A program made the translations under genes and the position numbers. Under the pieces are notes generated by a model. It worked only from the letters and a program-made list of their open reading frames with translations. It was not told where the DNA came from and ran no database searches. A stretch of DNA of 21,636 bases from Fibrobacterales bacterium (GTDB taxonomy: Bacteria > Fibrobacterota > Fibrobacteria > Fibrobacterales > JAOPTW01): assembly GCA_051532035.1 (NCBI GenBank), contig JAOPTW010000059.1, positions 1,741-23,376 of the forward strand, read 5' to 3'. Shown piece by piece: positions 1-8,284 of this stretch. Each line of letters opens with the position of its first letter. Positions within the stretch are counted from its first letter, which is position 1.

Positions 1-2
1 AA

Positions 3-881
3 GGAGATCAAGGAGACCAAGGCTTAAGCTTTCGCTCTAACTATGGTATCCCTGATGCAACTCTGGGCATAGATGGAGATACTTACCTCGATATTGATAA
101 AGAGATCTTTTTCAAAAAAAGAGCAGGAGTTTGGGAAATACTCGATATAGATGCTGCAATGAGAAAAGTTGAACTTGATTACCTCGTTAACGCTGGAGTT
201 CCTCTAGAAATTCTCTTTGGTACTCAATATACTCTAAAAGATCTTGAAACCGCTGGCGTATCTGAAGAGAGCCTTACAACTGCTGGTATTATTGGATCAG
301 CAGAAGATGTACGTGATGGCACTCTCTATGCATGGGTGACTATTGGTGAACAAAAATGGATGAGAAAAAACCTCAATTATGCTCGCGAAGAAGGAAGTTC
401 ATGTTATGATGATGATCAAGCCAATTGTGCCGCCTATGGACACCTGTATGACTTTTATACAGCCATTGACTCAGTGACCGATCTTTCTGTTTCAATTAAA
501 GGTATCTGCCCAGATGGATGGCATCTCCCTTCTATTGATGAATGGGATATTCTAAACAACTACATTGCAGATAATTTTGCTGTGAAAGGTGTTGGCTATA
601 GCCTCCTTGAAGCGAATGAAAATCAATTTGGTTTTGATGCATTTCTCGGTGGTTACCAGAGAGATACTGGTGTATGGGACAATATAGATGCCAGAGGGCG
701 TTGGTGGGCCGCAAATGAAGAAGTCCTAGAGCCTGCCGAACCCAATAAAGGCCATTACAAATATATCTACCTCGATAATCCAGGTGGAAATGATGATGAC
801 ATCCTTGGTTCTGATACTCATATTAAGGAATACAAAATGTCGGTTCGTTGTTTACTTGACCAGGTTTCTGGACTAGAGTAG
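3..881 (+). CDS. 5'-truncated collagen-like repeat / FISUMP (Fibrobacter succinogenes major paralogous) domain protein
   Basis: The frame is open from nt 3 (GDQGDQGLSFRSNYGIPDATLGIDGDTYLDIDKEIFFKKRAGVW...), so the true start lies upstream of the window and not at 159. The C-terminal domain has FISUMP motifs: D.RDG..Y..V.IG.Q.WM..NLNY, YG.LY, GICP.GWHLPS..EW, WW and SVRCL. Confidence 0.85.
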   Translation, partial: GDQGDQGLSFRSNYGIPDATLGIDGDTYLDIDKEIFFKKRAGVWEILDIDAAMRKVELDYLVNAGVPLEILFGTQYTLKDLETAGVSEESLTTAGIIGSAEDVRDGTLYAWVTIGEQKWMRKNLNYAREEGSSCYDDDQANCAAYGHLYDFYTAIDSVTDLSVSIKGICPDGWHLPSIDEWDILNNYIADNFAVKGVGYSLLEANENQFGFDAFLGGYQRDTGVWDNIDARGRWWAANEEVLEPAEPNKGHYKYIYLDNPGGNDDDILGSDTHIKEYKMSVRCLLDQVSGLE

Positions 882-920
882 ACTCAATATCATAGTATAT
901 GGTCAATGAACTATTGACTC

Positions 921-951
921 AAAAAGGTTGCCTCACGAGGCAACCTTTTTT
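921..951 (+). terminator. Rho-independent terminator (potentially bidirectional)
   Basis: Perfect inverted repeat AAAAAGGTTGCCTC-AC-GAGGCAACCTTTTT with a T-run, 40 nt after the FISUMP gene stop. Confidence 0.85.
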
Positions 952-1003
952 GTTTTTAAAAAGAGATACTACTCACCTCGTTAAAAAATCAGTACTGTAA
1001 AAT

Positions 1004-1036
1004 AAAAAAAGCCCACATCCAATGGATGGGGCTTTT
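1004..1036 (-). terminator. Rho-independent terminator for pfp
   Basis: The minus strand reads AAAAGCCCCATCC-ATT-GGATGTGGGC-TTTTTTT, a GC stem plus U-tract downstream of pfp. Confidence 0.75.
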
Positions 1037-1053
1037 AAACATATAAGAACCAT

Positions 1054-1162
1054 ATTTTTGATTCAGATGTAATGCTGACACAAGGCATTGAGAGCACAGG
1101 CGTACATTTTGTACGTCAAGCGCTCAATAACGAAGTATCAGCGTTGCAGCTGGAGCAAAAAT
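1054..1162. repeat. Long palindromic element (RPE/BOX/ERIC-like MITE or structured RNA) in the pfp 3' UTR
   Basis: Nested stems: ATTTTTG/CAAAAAT, CAGATGTAATGCTGACAC/GTATCAGCGTTGCAGCTG, internal loop AAGGC/AACGAA, ATTGAG/CTCAAT, and apical GGCGTAC-ATTTT-GTACGTC. Confidence 0.6.
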
Positions 1163-2823
1163 TAAGCTTTTACTGACTGGTGCTCAAGCTCTAATGTACG
1201 TGACACTTGGTCACATACTTCTGATGGACCAAAATATTGAATTGGTCCTGGGTAGAGGTATGAATCAGACATTTTCCACTCTTCACGTTTTGAAGCAAAG
1301 TATTTGAAAGGTCCAGCATCAAGCTCAACAAGTGCTTTTTGAATAACAGGTTTGTCTTCACCGTGACGACGCTCCATGTTCATAAGCATAGTTGTTGGAA
1401 TACCACCCGCTCTCCAGTTTTCAATACCTTGAGTAAGATCAGAGATTGAAGACATGTAACCAGTCATACCGTTCTGAGCAAGAACTGCTGCAGAGTAACC
1501 AAGACCGTAACAGTAGTCAGCATCAAAGTTAGATGGTGCTGCACAACGACCTTCGTAACCGAAGAAGTGATTGAGTGCTTTGAAAGAACCTTTGAAAGCT
1601 GCACGTGCTTTAACTTCTTTACCAACGAGCTCGATAAGAAGTTTTTCAGTTTCAATAAGTGATACTTGAACGTTACCATGTGGGTCACGATCGAGAAGAA
1701 GTTGTGCTTGGATGCCTTGTGGAAGTGAGTTAAGTACGATCGCTGCATCTGCAGAGATAAGCGTACAAACTTTTTCAACTTTCGCCGGGATCTCTTCGAT
1801 AGCGTTTACTTCTGCTTCGTGATGTGCAAGTGAGTCATTAAGCTCAGAAATAAGTGCTTTAATCTCTGGGATAAACTCAACAAGACCTTCAGGAATAAGG
1901 ATAACACCAAAGTTTTTACCAGCTGCAGCACGTGCTTCAACCATATCAGCAATACCGTTAACAACTTGACCAAGAGTCTGTTGTTCAGCTTCAACCTCTT
2001 CAGAGATGATACAGTAGTTCACTTGAGTTTGAAGAACTGCTTCAAGACCGATGTGTGACGCAGAACGACCCATAAGTTTGATGAAGTGATAATATTTTTT
2101 AGCAGAGTTACAGTCACGAGCGATGTTACCAATAAGCTCAGCATATGTTTTAACTGCGGTGTCAAAACCAAAAGAAGTTTCAACATATTCGTTTTTAAGG
2201 TCACCATCAATAGTTTTTGGCGCGCCAACTACTGAACATGGAGCACCTTGCTCTTTAAAGTATTCTGCAAGAACTGCTGCGTTTGTATTAGAGTCATCAC
2301 CACCGATGATAACGATACAATCAACGTTATTTGCTTTTACTACTTCGATACATTTGTCGAACTGTGCAGTAGATTCAAGTTTTGTACGACCAGAACCAAT
2401 GATATCGAATCCACCAGTGTTACGGTAATCGTCCATGATTGCTGGAGTAATTTCAAGGAATTCACCATGCTCAAGCCCACCAGGACCGCCGATGAAACCA
2501 AGTACTTTAGAGTCAGCATTGATAGATTTAACACCATCAAAGATACCAGCGATAACATTGTGTCCACCAGGAGCTTGACCACCAGAAAGAACAACACCAA
2601 CAGTGATTGCTTTAGTATCTGCAGCAGAAGCACCGTCAGCGAAAGATACTACTGGAGCACCATACGTATTAGGGAATAATTTTTTGATTGCTTCTTGGTC
2701 TTTGATAGACTCAGTAGGAGCACCAGCTACGATTGTTACGTTTTTAGTACCATTTCTGAGTGATACGGGGAGCTTAGGCTGATACTCTTTACGAGCTTTT
2801 GCCAATACCGATATTTCTGACAT
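1162..2823 (-). CDS. pfp: Pyrophosphate-dependent phosphofructokinase (diphosphate--fructose-6-phosphate 1-phosphotransferase, long clade)
   Basis: 553 aa with SGGQAPGGHNV, GSGRTK, GGDDS (the Asp marks PPi specificity), PKTIDGD, SFGFDTA, MGRSASH, GYEGR and YPGPIQYFGP. AAGGA RBS upstream. Confidence 0.95.
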   Translation of the reverse strand: MSEISVLAKARKEYQPKLPVSLRNGTKNVTIVAGAPTESIKDQEAIKKLFPNTYGAPVVSFADGASAADTKAITVGVVLSGGQAPGGHNVIAGIFDGVKSINADSKVLGFIGGPGGLEHGEFLEITPAIMDDYRNTGGFDIIGSGRTKLESTAQFDKCIEVVKANNVDCIVIIGGDDSNTNAAVLAEYFKEQGAPCSVVGAPKTIDGDLKNEYVETSFGFDTAVKTYAELIGNIARDCNSAKKYYHFIKLMGRSASHIGLEAVLQTQVNYCIISEEVEAEQQTLGQVVNGIADMVEARAAAGKNFGVILIPEGLVEFIPEIKALISELNDSLAHHEAEVNAIEEIPAKVEKVCTLISADAAIVLNSLPQGIQAQLLLDRDPHGNVQVSLIETEKLLIELVGKEVKARAAFKGSFKALNHFFGYEGRCAAPSNFDADYCYGLGYSAAVLAQNGMTGYMSSISDLTQGIENWRAGGIPTTMLMNMERRHGEDKPVIQKALVELDAGPFKYFASKREEWKMSDSYLYPGPIQYFGPSEVCDQVSRTLELEHQSVKA

Positions 2824-3053
2824 CTATATTCCTTGGTTAGAATTTCAATTTGAGGGGTAAGATAGTAAAATTAGACCTCATTCACAATGTTGTACTGGTC
2901 ACTTTCCCCCTAACCTCTGAGAGAATAGCACCGCCAACGCCCACTCTCTTTAAAAAGAGCGTAAATACCTCATTTTAGCATCATATAAGTCCAATTTTTG
3001 ATATTTTTATACCTTTTCATCTATTAAACGTCTTATATCTATAAGGGCCCTTA

Positions 3054-3392
3054 ATGACAAAATGGTACATTTTCCTCAGCCTTACACTTTTTGCTTGTGC
3101 CAGTAACTCGGATTTACACTCAGGCTTGAAACAATCAGAGCAACAGATAGCCACCCTTGATTTTGAGATAGAACAACTCCAGGACTCTCTCGATGCCGAG
3201 CCTCAACGAACCAGTTATTTTAATGCACGAATCAGAGAAAAAGAGCGATCTAAAGAAGAGGCAGAACGATCACACCGACTCCTTCAAATTTCTGCAGGAG
3301 CCAAAGAGAAACAGAATTATGATACTGGTATGCGTTACGGCGCTCCAGACCCTATTACCAATGAACCCAGTGGAAGCATTACCCTCCCCTAA
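3054..3392 (+). CDS. Small coiled-coil lipoprotein (paralog 1)
   Basis: Signal peptide with lipobox LFA-C. Its helical core is 34/55 identical by hand alignment to the next ORF. Confidence 0.75.
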   Translation: MTKWYIFLSLTLFACASNSDLHSGLKQSEQQIATLDFEIEQLQDSLDAEPQRTSYFNARIREKERSKEEAERSHRLLQISAGAKEKQNYDTGMRYGAPDPITNEPSGSITLP

Positions 3393-3449
3393 GCGCACTC
3401 TTTCTGACTCAATTTAAACCTTTTTCTTAACCCTACAAGGACCACACTT

Positions 3450-3827
3450 ATGAAACTACTTATTGCACTCGCCTGTTGTTTACTCATCACCTACGGATGT
3501 AGTTCAAAAAAACGCAAACAGAACCCCGACTTTGATACTGCATCAAGCAGCCTCACCCGCATGGAAAAGTCTCAAAGGCAAATTGAAGTACTTGAATTTG
3601 AAATCGAGCAACTCCAAGACTCTCTCCAAATAGATCCTTCAAAAAAGAGCTATTACCAAGCACGTATTCAAGAGAAAGAGCGTGCTAAAGAAGGTGCCGA
3701 GGAATCCTATCGCCTTAATCAAATTGCTGCAGAGGATTCTGCAGAACGATCATACAATAACAGCATGAGCCATGGCAATGTCGAGCGTGATAAAGAACGA
3801 CCTCCTGAACCAATTCTCACAAAGTAA
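3450..3827 (+). CDS. Small coiled-coil lipoprotein (paralog 2)
   Basis: MKLLIALACCLLITYG-C lipoprotein-type signal, AAGGGA RBS, and the FEIEQLQDSL...ARI.EKER.KE.AE core shared with 3054-3392. Confidence 0.8.
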   Translation: MKLLIALACCLLITYGCSSKKRKQNPDFDTASSSLTRMEKSQRQIEVLEFEIEQLQDSLQIDPSKKSYYQARIQEKERAKEGAEESYRLNQIAAEDSAERSYNNSMSHGNVERDKERPPEPILTK

Positions 3828-3836
3828 CTGAAACAC

Positions 3837-4445
3837 ATGAACTATCTTGCCCACTCTCTATTATCACCACCTCTCCCTGGAGTTCTCCTCGGAAATGTCT
3901 GTGGTGATTTTGTAAAGGGGTCTATAAACCCTGGAGTGTCTGATGACCTATGGAGCGGCATTCAGCTCCATAGATTTATCGATGGATACACCGACAATCA
4001 TCCTATTTTTTTACAAAGTAGAGCCCGCCTTTCCCAAAAGAGACGGCGCTTTGCCGGCATCATTATTGATGTTGCCTATGACTATTTTTTATCGCAACAC
4101 TGGGATAAATTTTCAACAGTAAAACGGTTCACGCATATTGACTCTGTCTACGCTGCCCTTACCCACCATGAATCATTACTCCCCCCTCACTTTATTGAGG
4201 TGCGCGACCGCATAATCCGTTATGATTGGCTGAGAGGTTACCACTCATTAGAGGGAATTTCCCAAACGCTAGAGAGTATCAGTAGACGATTTGCTAAACG
4301 AACCGGACGAGATAATCCTCTCACTGGATCAATTGAAGAAATTATTCTATATAGTACAGGATTAGAAGAGGACTTCTTAACCTTTTTTCCACAACTACAG
4401 AACGAGGTTGCCCGATGGATAGCAGAGAACGTGACAGAGAGATAG
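3837..4445 (+). CDS. acpH: Acyl carrier protein phosphodiesterase (AcpH/DUF479 family)
   Basis: MNYLAH, GN..GDFVKG, GI.LHR.ID..TD.HP, GII.D..YDYFL..HW and F..FFPQL motifs. Confidence 0.88.
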   Translation: MNYLAHSLLSPPLPGVLLGNVCGDFVKGSINPGVSDDLWSGIQLHRFIDGYTDNHPIFLQSRARLSQKRRRFAGIIIDVAYDYFLSQHWDKFSTVKRFTHIDSVYAALTHHESLLPPHFIEVRDRIIRYDWLRGYHSLEGISQTLESISRRFAKRTGRDNPLTGSIEEIILYSTGLEEDFLTFFPQLQNEVARWIAENVTER

Positions 4446-4903
4446 AGAGAGAGAGTAAACGGCAACTCCACGCTAAAGGTGGCGGGTCACTCGCATCTGC
4501 ATTTAGTGAAGAAGGAAGTGATTTCCTTAACGGTGGGTCACCAGTACCTCTTATTTTACAAGCCGAAACGGCAATAGCCAATTATATCAACAATGAAGTA
4601 AAAGATTCCTGTGGTGCTCTTAGAGCAACTCTTCAAACTCGTATCAAACGAAAGCAATCAGTCATTGCGGAGCATATAGACAACCCACTAGTGGTTCTGA
4701 AAAATATGGTCGTGCTCTTTTTAGAAAATGAACCTCTTCTCTTTGACTTTGTGAGAGAGGTCGATGCCTGTTATGGTAAAATGTATCAAGAGCGGCCACA
4801 CTTTCAGGTGCCCGGTGGTAAAGCTCATCCTGATGATGAGTATACTCATGAGAGTGTTAGAAAATCACTCGAGACTATCCAAGCAACGCTTCAAGCTCAA
4901 TAA
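4415..4903 (+). CDS. Conserved hypothetical protein
   Basis: 162-aa ORF overlapping the acpH end by 31 nt. Motifs G.SPVP, D..GAL, FVREVD..YG..Y.ERPHF..PG...HPDDEYT.ESVR resemble an uncharacterised bacterial family (recalled, not searched). Confidence 0.7.
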   Translation: MDSRERDREIERESKRQLHAKGGGSLASAFSEEGSDFLNGGSPVPLILQAETAIANYINNEVKDSCGALRATLQTRIKRKQSVIAEHIDNPLVVLKNMVVLFLENEPLLFDFVREVDACYGKMYQERPHFQVPGGKAHPDDEYTHESVRKSLETIQATLQAQ

Positions 4904-4928
4904 AACATCTATAGGGGACAACCCTCCC

Positions 4929-6587
4929 CTACTCCTTATCAAACGCCGCAGCAATAAGACACTCAATATTCATAGTGATTTGCGCCTGTGATCCATACCG
5001 CCGTCTCTCGGCAATAAAGAAATCAAGCACTGCCGTATCACCGCTAATCAGACCAACAGAATCTGCAGCTGGCTGCAGATAGAACTCTTTTTGTATGGGG
5101 TTATGAATTCCACCAATATCGAGAACCAGATGCCCATTTAAAAAAACAAACACATCATCATCACCAGAAAAGTCAAAAGTCTGGCTATCTGCCCCCTCAC
5201 GCACATAGAGGAATTTTCGCTGCATGTGTGCTGCAAACCCATAATTAGGGGTTCCTTTACACACAGAACCATTCCCTCCTCCAGTACCCTCATCACAACC
5301 CCCAGCAGGGAAAAACCCCATGGCATCTGTTTTGTACTGATAGGTACTTCCTGTTGTACGTGAGAAAGTTAACATGGTATCTTTTACCGAAATTGCCCCA
5401 TCCTCAGTCCACCATGAATTAATATCTGCGTTTGCGCACGTATCTCTCTTCATCAAAGGGCGACCATTAGCTCCAAGGGTGTCCTGTACCATATTTTGAG
5501 TCCACTCATCGGGACAATCCATAAACCAGAATGGAGTTCCCTGGATACTTTCATGATCATACACTGTCAGCTTTAAATCCAACGTTATTGGAGCGACGTA
5601 CCCATCAGGAATACACTTTATATCAGTACCTGTGCTACACACCAATTGTGAAAGACACTCTTCGTCATCACAATCAATTTTTGTATCAAAATCATTATCG
5701 ATACCATCATCACAAGCAGTATTGGTATTTTCCTGACAGTTACTCGCTCTTAAACAGTCAGAATCCTCACAATCTATTTTATTATCAAGATCATTATCAA
5801 TACCATCTTCGCAGAGGTCAAAAGTATTTTCAACCAAGTCGTGGGAGACACAGGCAGGATGAAAATTACAGTCTGAATCTTCACAGTCGATACGATTATC
5901 AAAGTCGTTATCTTCTTTATCATCACAGACAAGCTCAGGAAGGCACGCCCCTACAAAGGCACAGCTTTTATCTTGACAATCAATATCATCATCCGCATCG
6001 TTGTCTATTCCATCACGACAGGCCTCATCACTATTTTCAGAACACTCCCCCTTGCCGTTACACCCTGGATCATCACAGTCCGTGAGGTCATCACCATCAT
6101 TATCTATCTCATCACTACAAAATTCATCAGTATTCTCTATACAAAAATCAAACCGTGAACAACTAGGATCATTACAATCAACTCGTCCATTATCATCATT
6201 ATCTTCTTCGTCACTACAGAGATCATAGGTATTCTCCAAGGAGACTTTGAAACAGACTTCAGTGTAAAAGCAATCAGGGTCTTCACAATCTTCTTCACCA
6301 TCATCATCATTATCGATATCGTCATCACAAAGATACTCAGGAATACACTCAGGGATACCATAGCAGTCAGAGTCATCACAGTCAATGAATCCATCTCTAT
6401 CGTTGTCTTTAGAGTCGGTACACTCTATATGAGTACTTTCAATTGGTAATGGCTCAACCGCTTCTGATTGAAGCTCCATATTAAGCATATCATTTTTATC
6501 TGACATACATGATTGTATGAATAGAGTAACCGCAATCCCCAGAATAGTTACTCGTTGCAAGCTGAGCGCATGTGTAAATAGCGGCAT
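4929..6587 (-). CDS. Fibro-slime domain lipoprotein with 8 Cys/Asp-rich repeats
   Basis: Lipobox IQS-C, eight C-x-D-x-x-DND-x-D-x-x-x-DC-x-D-x-x-C repeats, and C-terminal fibro-slime/PA14-like motifs GFFP, NYGF..H, FSGDDDVFVFLNG.LVLDIGGIH and FF.AERR. GGGGGA RBS. Confidence 0.85.
   Translation of the reverse strand: MPLFTHALSLQRVTILGIAVTLFIQSCMSDKNDMLNMELQSEAVEPLPIESTHIECTDSKDNDRDGFIDCDDSDCYGIPECIPEYLCDDDIDNDDDGEEDCEDPDCFYTEVCFKVSLENTYDLCSDEEDNDDNGRVDCNDPSCSRFDFCIENTDEFCSDEIDNDGDDLTDCDDPGCNGKGECSENSDEACRDGIDNDADDDIDCQDKSCAFVGACLPELVCDDKEDNDFDNRIDCEDSDCNFHPACVSHDLVENTFDLCEDGIDNDLDNKIDCEDSDCLRASNCQENTNTACDDGIDNDFDTKIDCDDEECLSQLVCSTGTDIKCIPDGYVAPITLDLKLTVYDHESIQGTPFWFMDCPDEWTQNMVQDTLGANGRPLMKRDTCANADINSWWTEDGAISVKDTMLTFSRTTGSTYQYKTDAMGFFPAGGCDEGTGGGNGSVCKGTPNYGFAAHMQRKFLYVREGADSQTFDFSGDDDVFVFLNGHLVLDIGGIHNPIQKEFYLQPAADSVGLISGDTAVLDFFIAERRRYGSQAQITMNIECLIAAAFDKE
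5655..6422 (-). repeat. Eight intragenic Cys/Asp-rich (DND...DC.D..C) repeats
   Basis: Examples: CTDSKDNDRDGFIDCDDSDC, CRDGIDNDADDDIDCQDKSC, CDDGIDNDFDTKIDCDDEEC. Confidence 0.9.
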
Positions 6588-6622
6588 TATGCTTCCCCCG
6601 AAATGTATTATTAGATATAATA

Positions 6623-6656
6623 AGTAAAAGAACCTCTATAGAAAGGTTCTTTTACT
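6623..6656 (-). terminator. Probable terminator downstream of hpt
   Basis: Perfect 13-bp inverted repeat AGTAAAAGAACCT-N8-AGGTTCTTTTACT between hpt and the fibro-slime gene. Confidence 0.55.
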
Positions 6657-6712
6657 CTTTTTTACAATTAAGATGCTCTTCAGCATTAACACTTCATTAC
6701 AGAGCTATCACA

Positions 6713-7261
6713 TTATCTCGCAGCTGTATCAGGGTTAAAGATCCCAACATACGGAAGGTTTCGGTATTTTTGAGCGAGATCAAGCCCGTACCCCACTACA
6801 AATTCATCAGGGATATCTATACCACAAAAGTCAATAGGCACTTCGACCTCTCGTCGGGCAGGCTTATTAAGAAAGGTACACACTTTAAGGGATGCCGGTC
6901 CTCGACTCTCGAGAATATGGAGCACTTTACTAAAGGTATTGCCTGTATCGACAATATCTTCAACAATGAGTACGTCACGCCCTTCAATTGATTCATCGAG
7001 ATCCATGACGACCTTAAGATTCCCCGAGCTCACGGTACTATCACCATAACTCGATACTGTTAAAAAATCCGTTATCATTGGGTAATCAATCTTGCGAATC
7101 AGATCTGCCATAAAAACAAACGATCCTCGAAGGAGGCCCACAACGACAAGCTCACTCTTCGAGTTTTTATAATGTTCAGTTATCTCTTTGCCCAATCGGG
7201 TTACAATTTCTTTAATTGCATCTTCAGCGATGAGTACTCTATCTATTCCTGCCTCTGGCAT
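6713..7261 (-). CDS. hpt: Hypoxanthine phosphoribosyltransferase
   Basis: LRGSFVFMADL, SSYG, PRPP-binding VLIVEDIVDTGNT, and DEFVVGYGLD..QKYRNLPY. GGAG RBS. Confidence 0.95.
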   Translation of the reverse strand: MPEAGIDRVLIAEDAIKEIVTRLGKEITEHYKNSKSELVVVGLLRGSFVFMADLIRKIDYPMITDFLTVSSYGDSTVSSGNLKVVMDLDESIEGRDVLIVEDIVDTGNTFSKVLHILESRGPASLKVCTFLNKPARREVEVPIDFCGIDIPDEFVVGYGLDLAQKYRNLPYVGIFNPDTAAR

Positions 7262-7426
7262 ACACCACTCCTTATGGGTTTATTATGATGCGTACGTTTT
7301 CTCGTTAACGTGTAACAGAAATTAAAAGATAAATATCTTTTTAAATAATAGATTCACTTTGATTCTGTAAAAAAGGCAGTTACTGGATTTTAGATCAGGG
7401 GAGTCTTAAAATTGCACTCAATAGAA

Positions 7427-7448
7427 GAGCTTTAGGATGCTAAAGCTC
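7427..7448 (-). terminator. Possible terminator hairpin
   Basis: GAGCTTTAG-GATG-CTAAAGCTC, 14 nt after the stop of 7462-8148, with a weak U-tract (TTCTATT). Confidence 0.4.
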
Positions 7449-7461
7449 GATGAAGCCACCC

Positions 7462-8148
7462 TTAAGGATAGCTCTTTTTTAGGGCGCGAAATTTTTTCTC
7501 AGCGATTTGAGCAAACTTCTTATACTCTTTTACAAGGATTGCTTCTTCATCTTCACTTTCGGCATTAAAATAGCGATGCAGCTTTGTCCCTGCTAAACTG
7601 AGGGCCTTGCCCGCAAGAAGAATCTCTTTTTTCATTTCTTTAGTTTTAGGACTTCCTGATTTCATATCTTTAATTTTTTGATAAATACTCGCCGTTTTGT
7701 AGCGTAAGCTTCTCGCCTCGCCACTCAACTCTTCATATTCATCATCACTGAGTTTAACCAAGTTACCAACTTTGAGTTCGGTCACTTTTTTGGCCCAATA
7801 TTCACCACGAATGACCCAATACTTCCCTTCTTTCATAAAAGAATTCACAGCGATACGGTCAATTTTAGGTCCCTTCTCTTCAACAATGCGCACAGAGGTT
7901 ACTCCAGTGACAGGGTCGGCAGGCAGGTCTTCGATTTGCATATTCTGAATCATTAACTCATCAGCTTCTTGAGTCCCTTTAACAAGACTCCAATTAGCAG
8001 AGGTAACCCAACCCGCTAATCCAAAAGCAGAAATTGCAATCAAAAATGAGACCGTCATTTTTATTGGTTTTTTAGCATTTATTGCAATAGATAACGCCAC
8101 ACTACTTAGGGCGAATAGTATAAGAATCCGAAACAGCTCTATACTCAT
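7462..8148 (-). CDS. Hypothetical membrane protein (two N-terminal TM segments, basic helical C-terminus)
   Basis: 228-aa ORF with two hydrophobic stretches in the first ~55 aa and a GGAG RBS-like sequence upstream. Confidence 0.75.
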   Translation of the reverse strand: MSIELFRILILFALSSVALSIAINAKKPIKMTVSFLIAISAFGLAGWVTSANWSLVKGTQEADELMIQNMQIEDLPADPVTGVTSVRIVEEKGPKIDRIAVNSFMKEGKYWVIRGEYWAKKVTELKVGNLVKLSDDEYEELSGEARSLRYKTASIYQKIKDMKSGSPKTKEMKKEILLAGKALSLAGTKLHRYFNAESEDEEAILVKEYKKFAQIAEKKFRALKKSYP

Positions 8149-8284
8149 GATATTTCTTCTCCATCAGTCCGAAATCAACATCACCTCAGTGACGATTGGA
8201 CACTTTAATAGTATCCAAAATATAGTACTATCTAGCTTGGAATGGCCAAATTTTATAGACAAACACAAGCGTACCTATCTAAAC

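Noticed and set aside
159..161. ATG 159 as the start of the first gene
   Set aside because: The frame is open and protein-like back to the window edge.
902..918. Small dyad GTCAAT-GAACT-ATTGAC after the FISUMP gene
   Set aside because: The arms are only 6 bp and AT-rich, and it lies between convergent genes, so it is likely chance.
1464..2679. Alternative-frame and antisense ORFs within pfp (and similar ones inside the fibro-slime, GH5, MPP and nif genes)
   Set aside because: These are shadow ORFs fully overlapping well-supported genes and carry no recognisable motifs.
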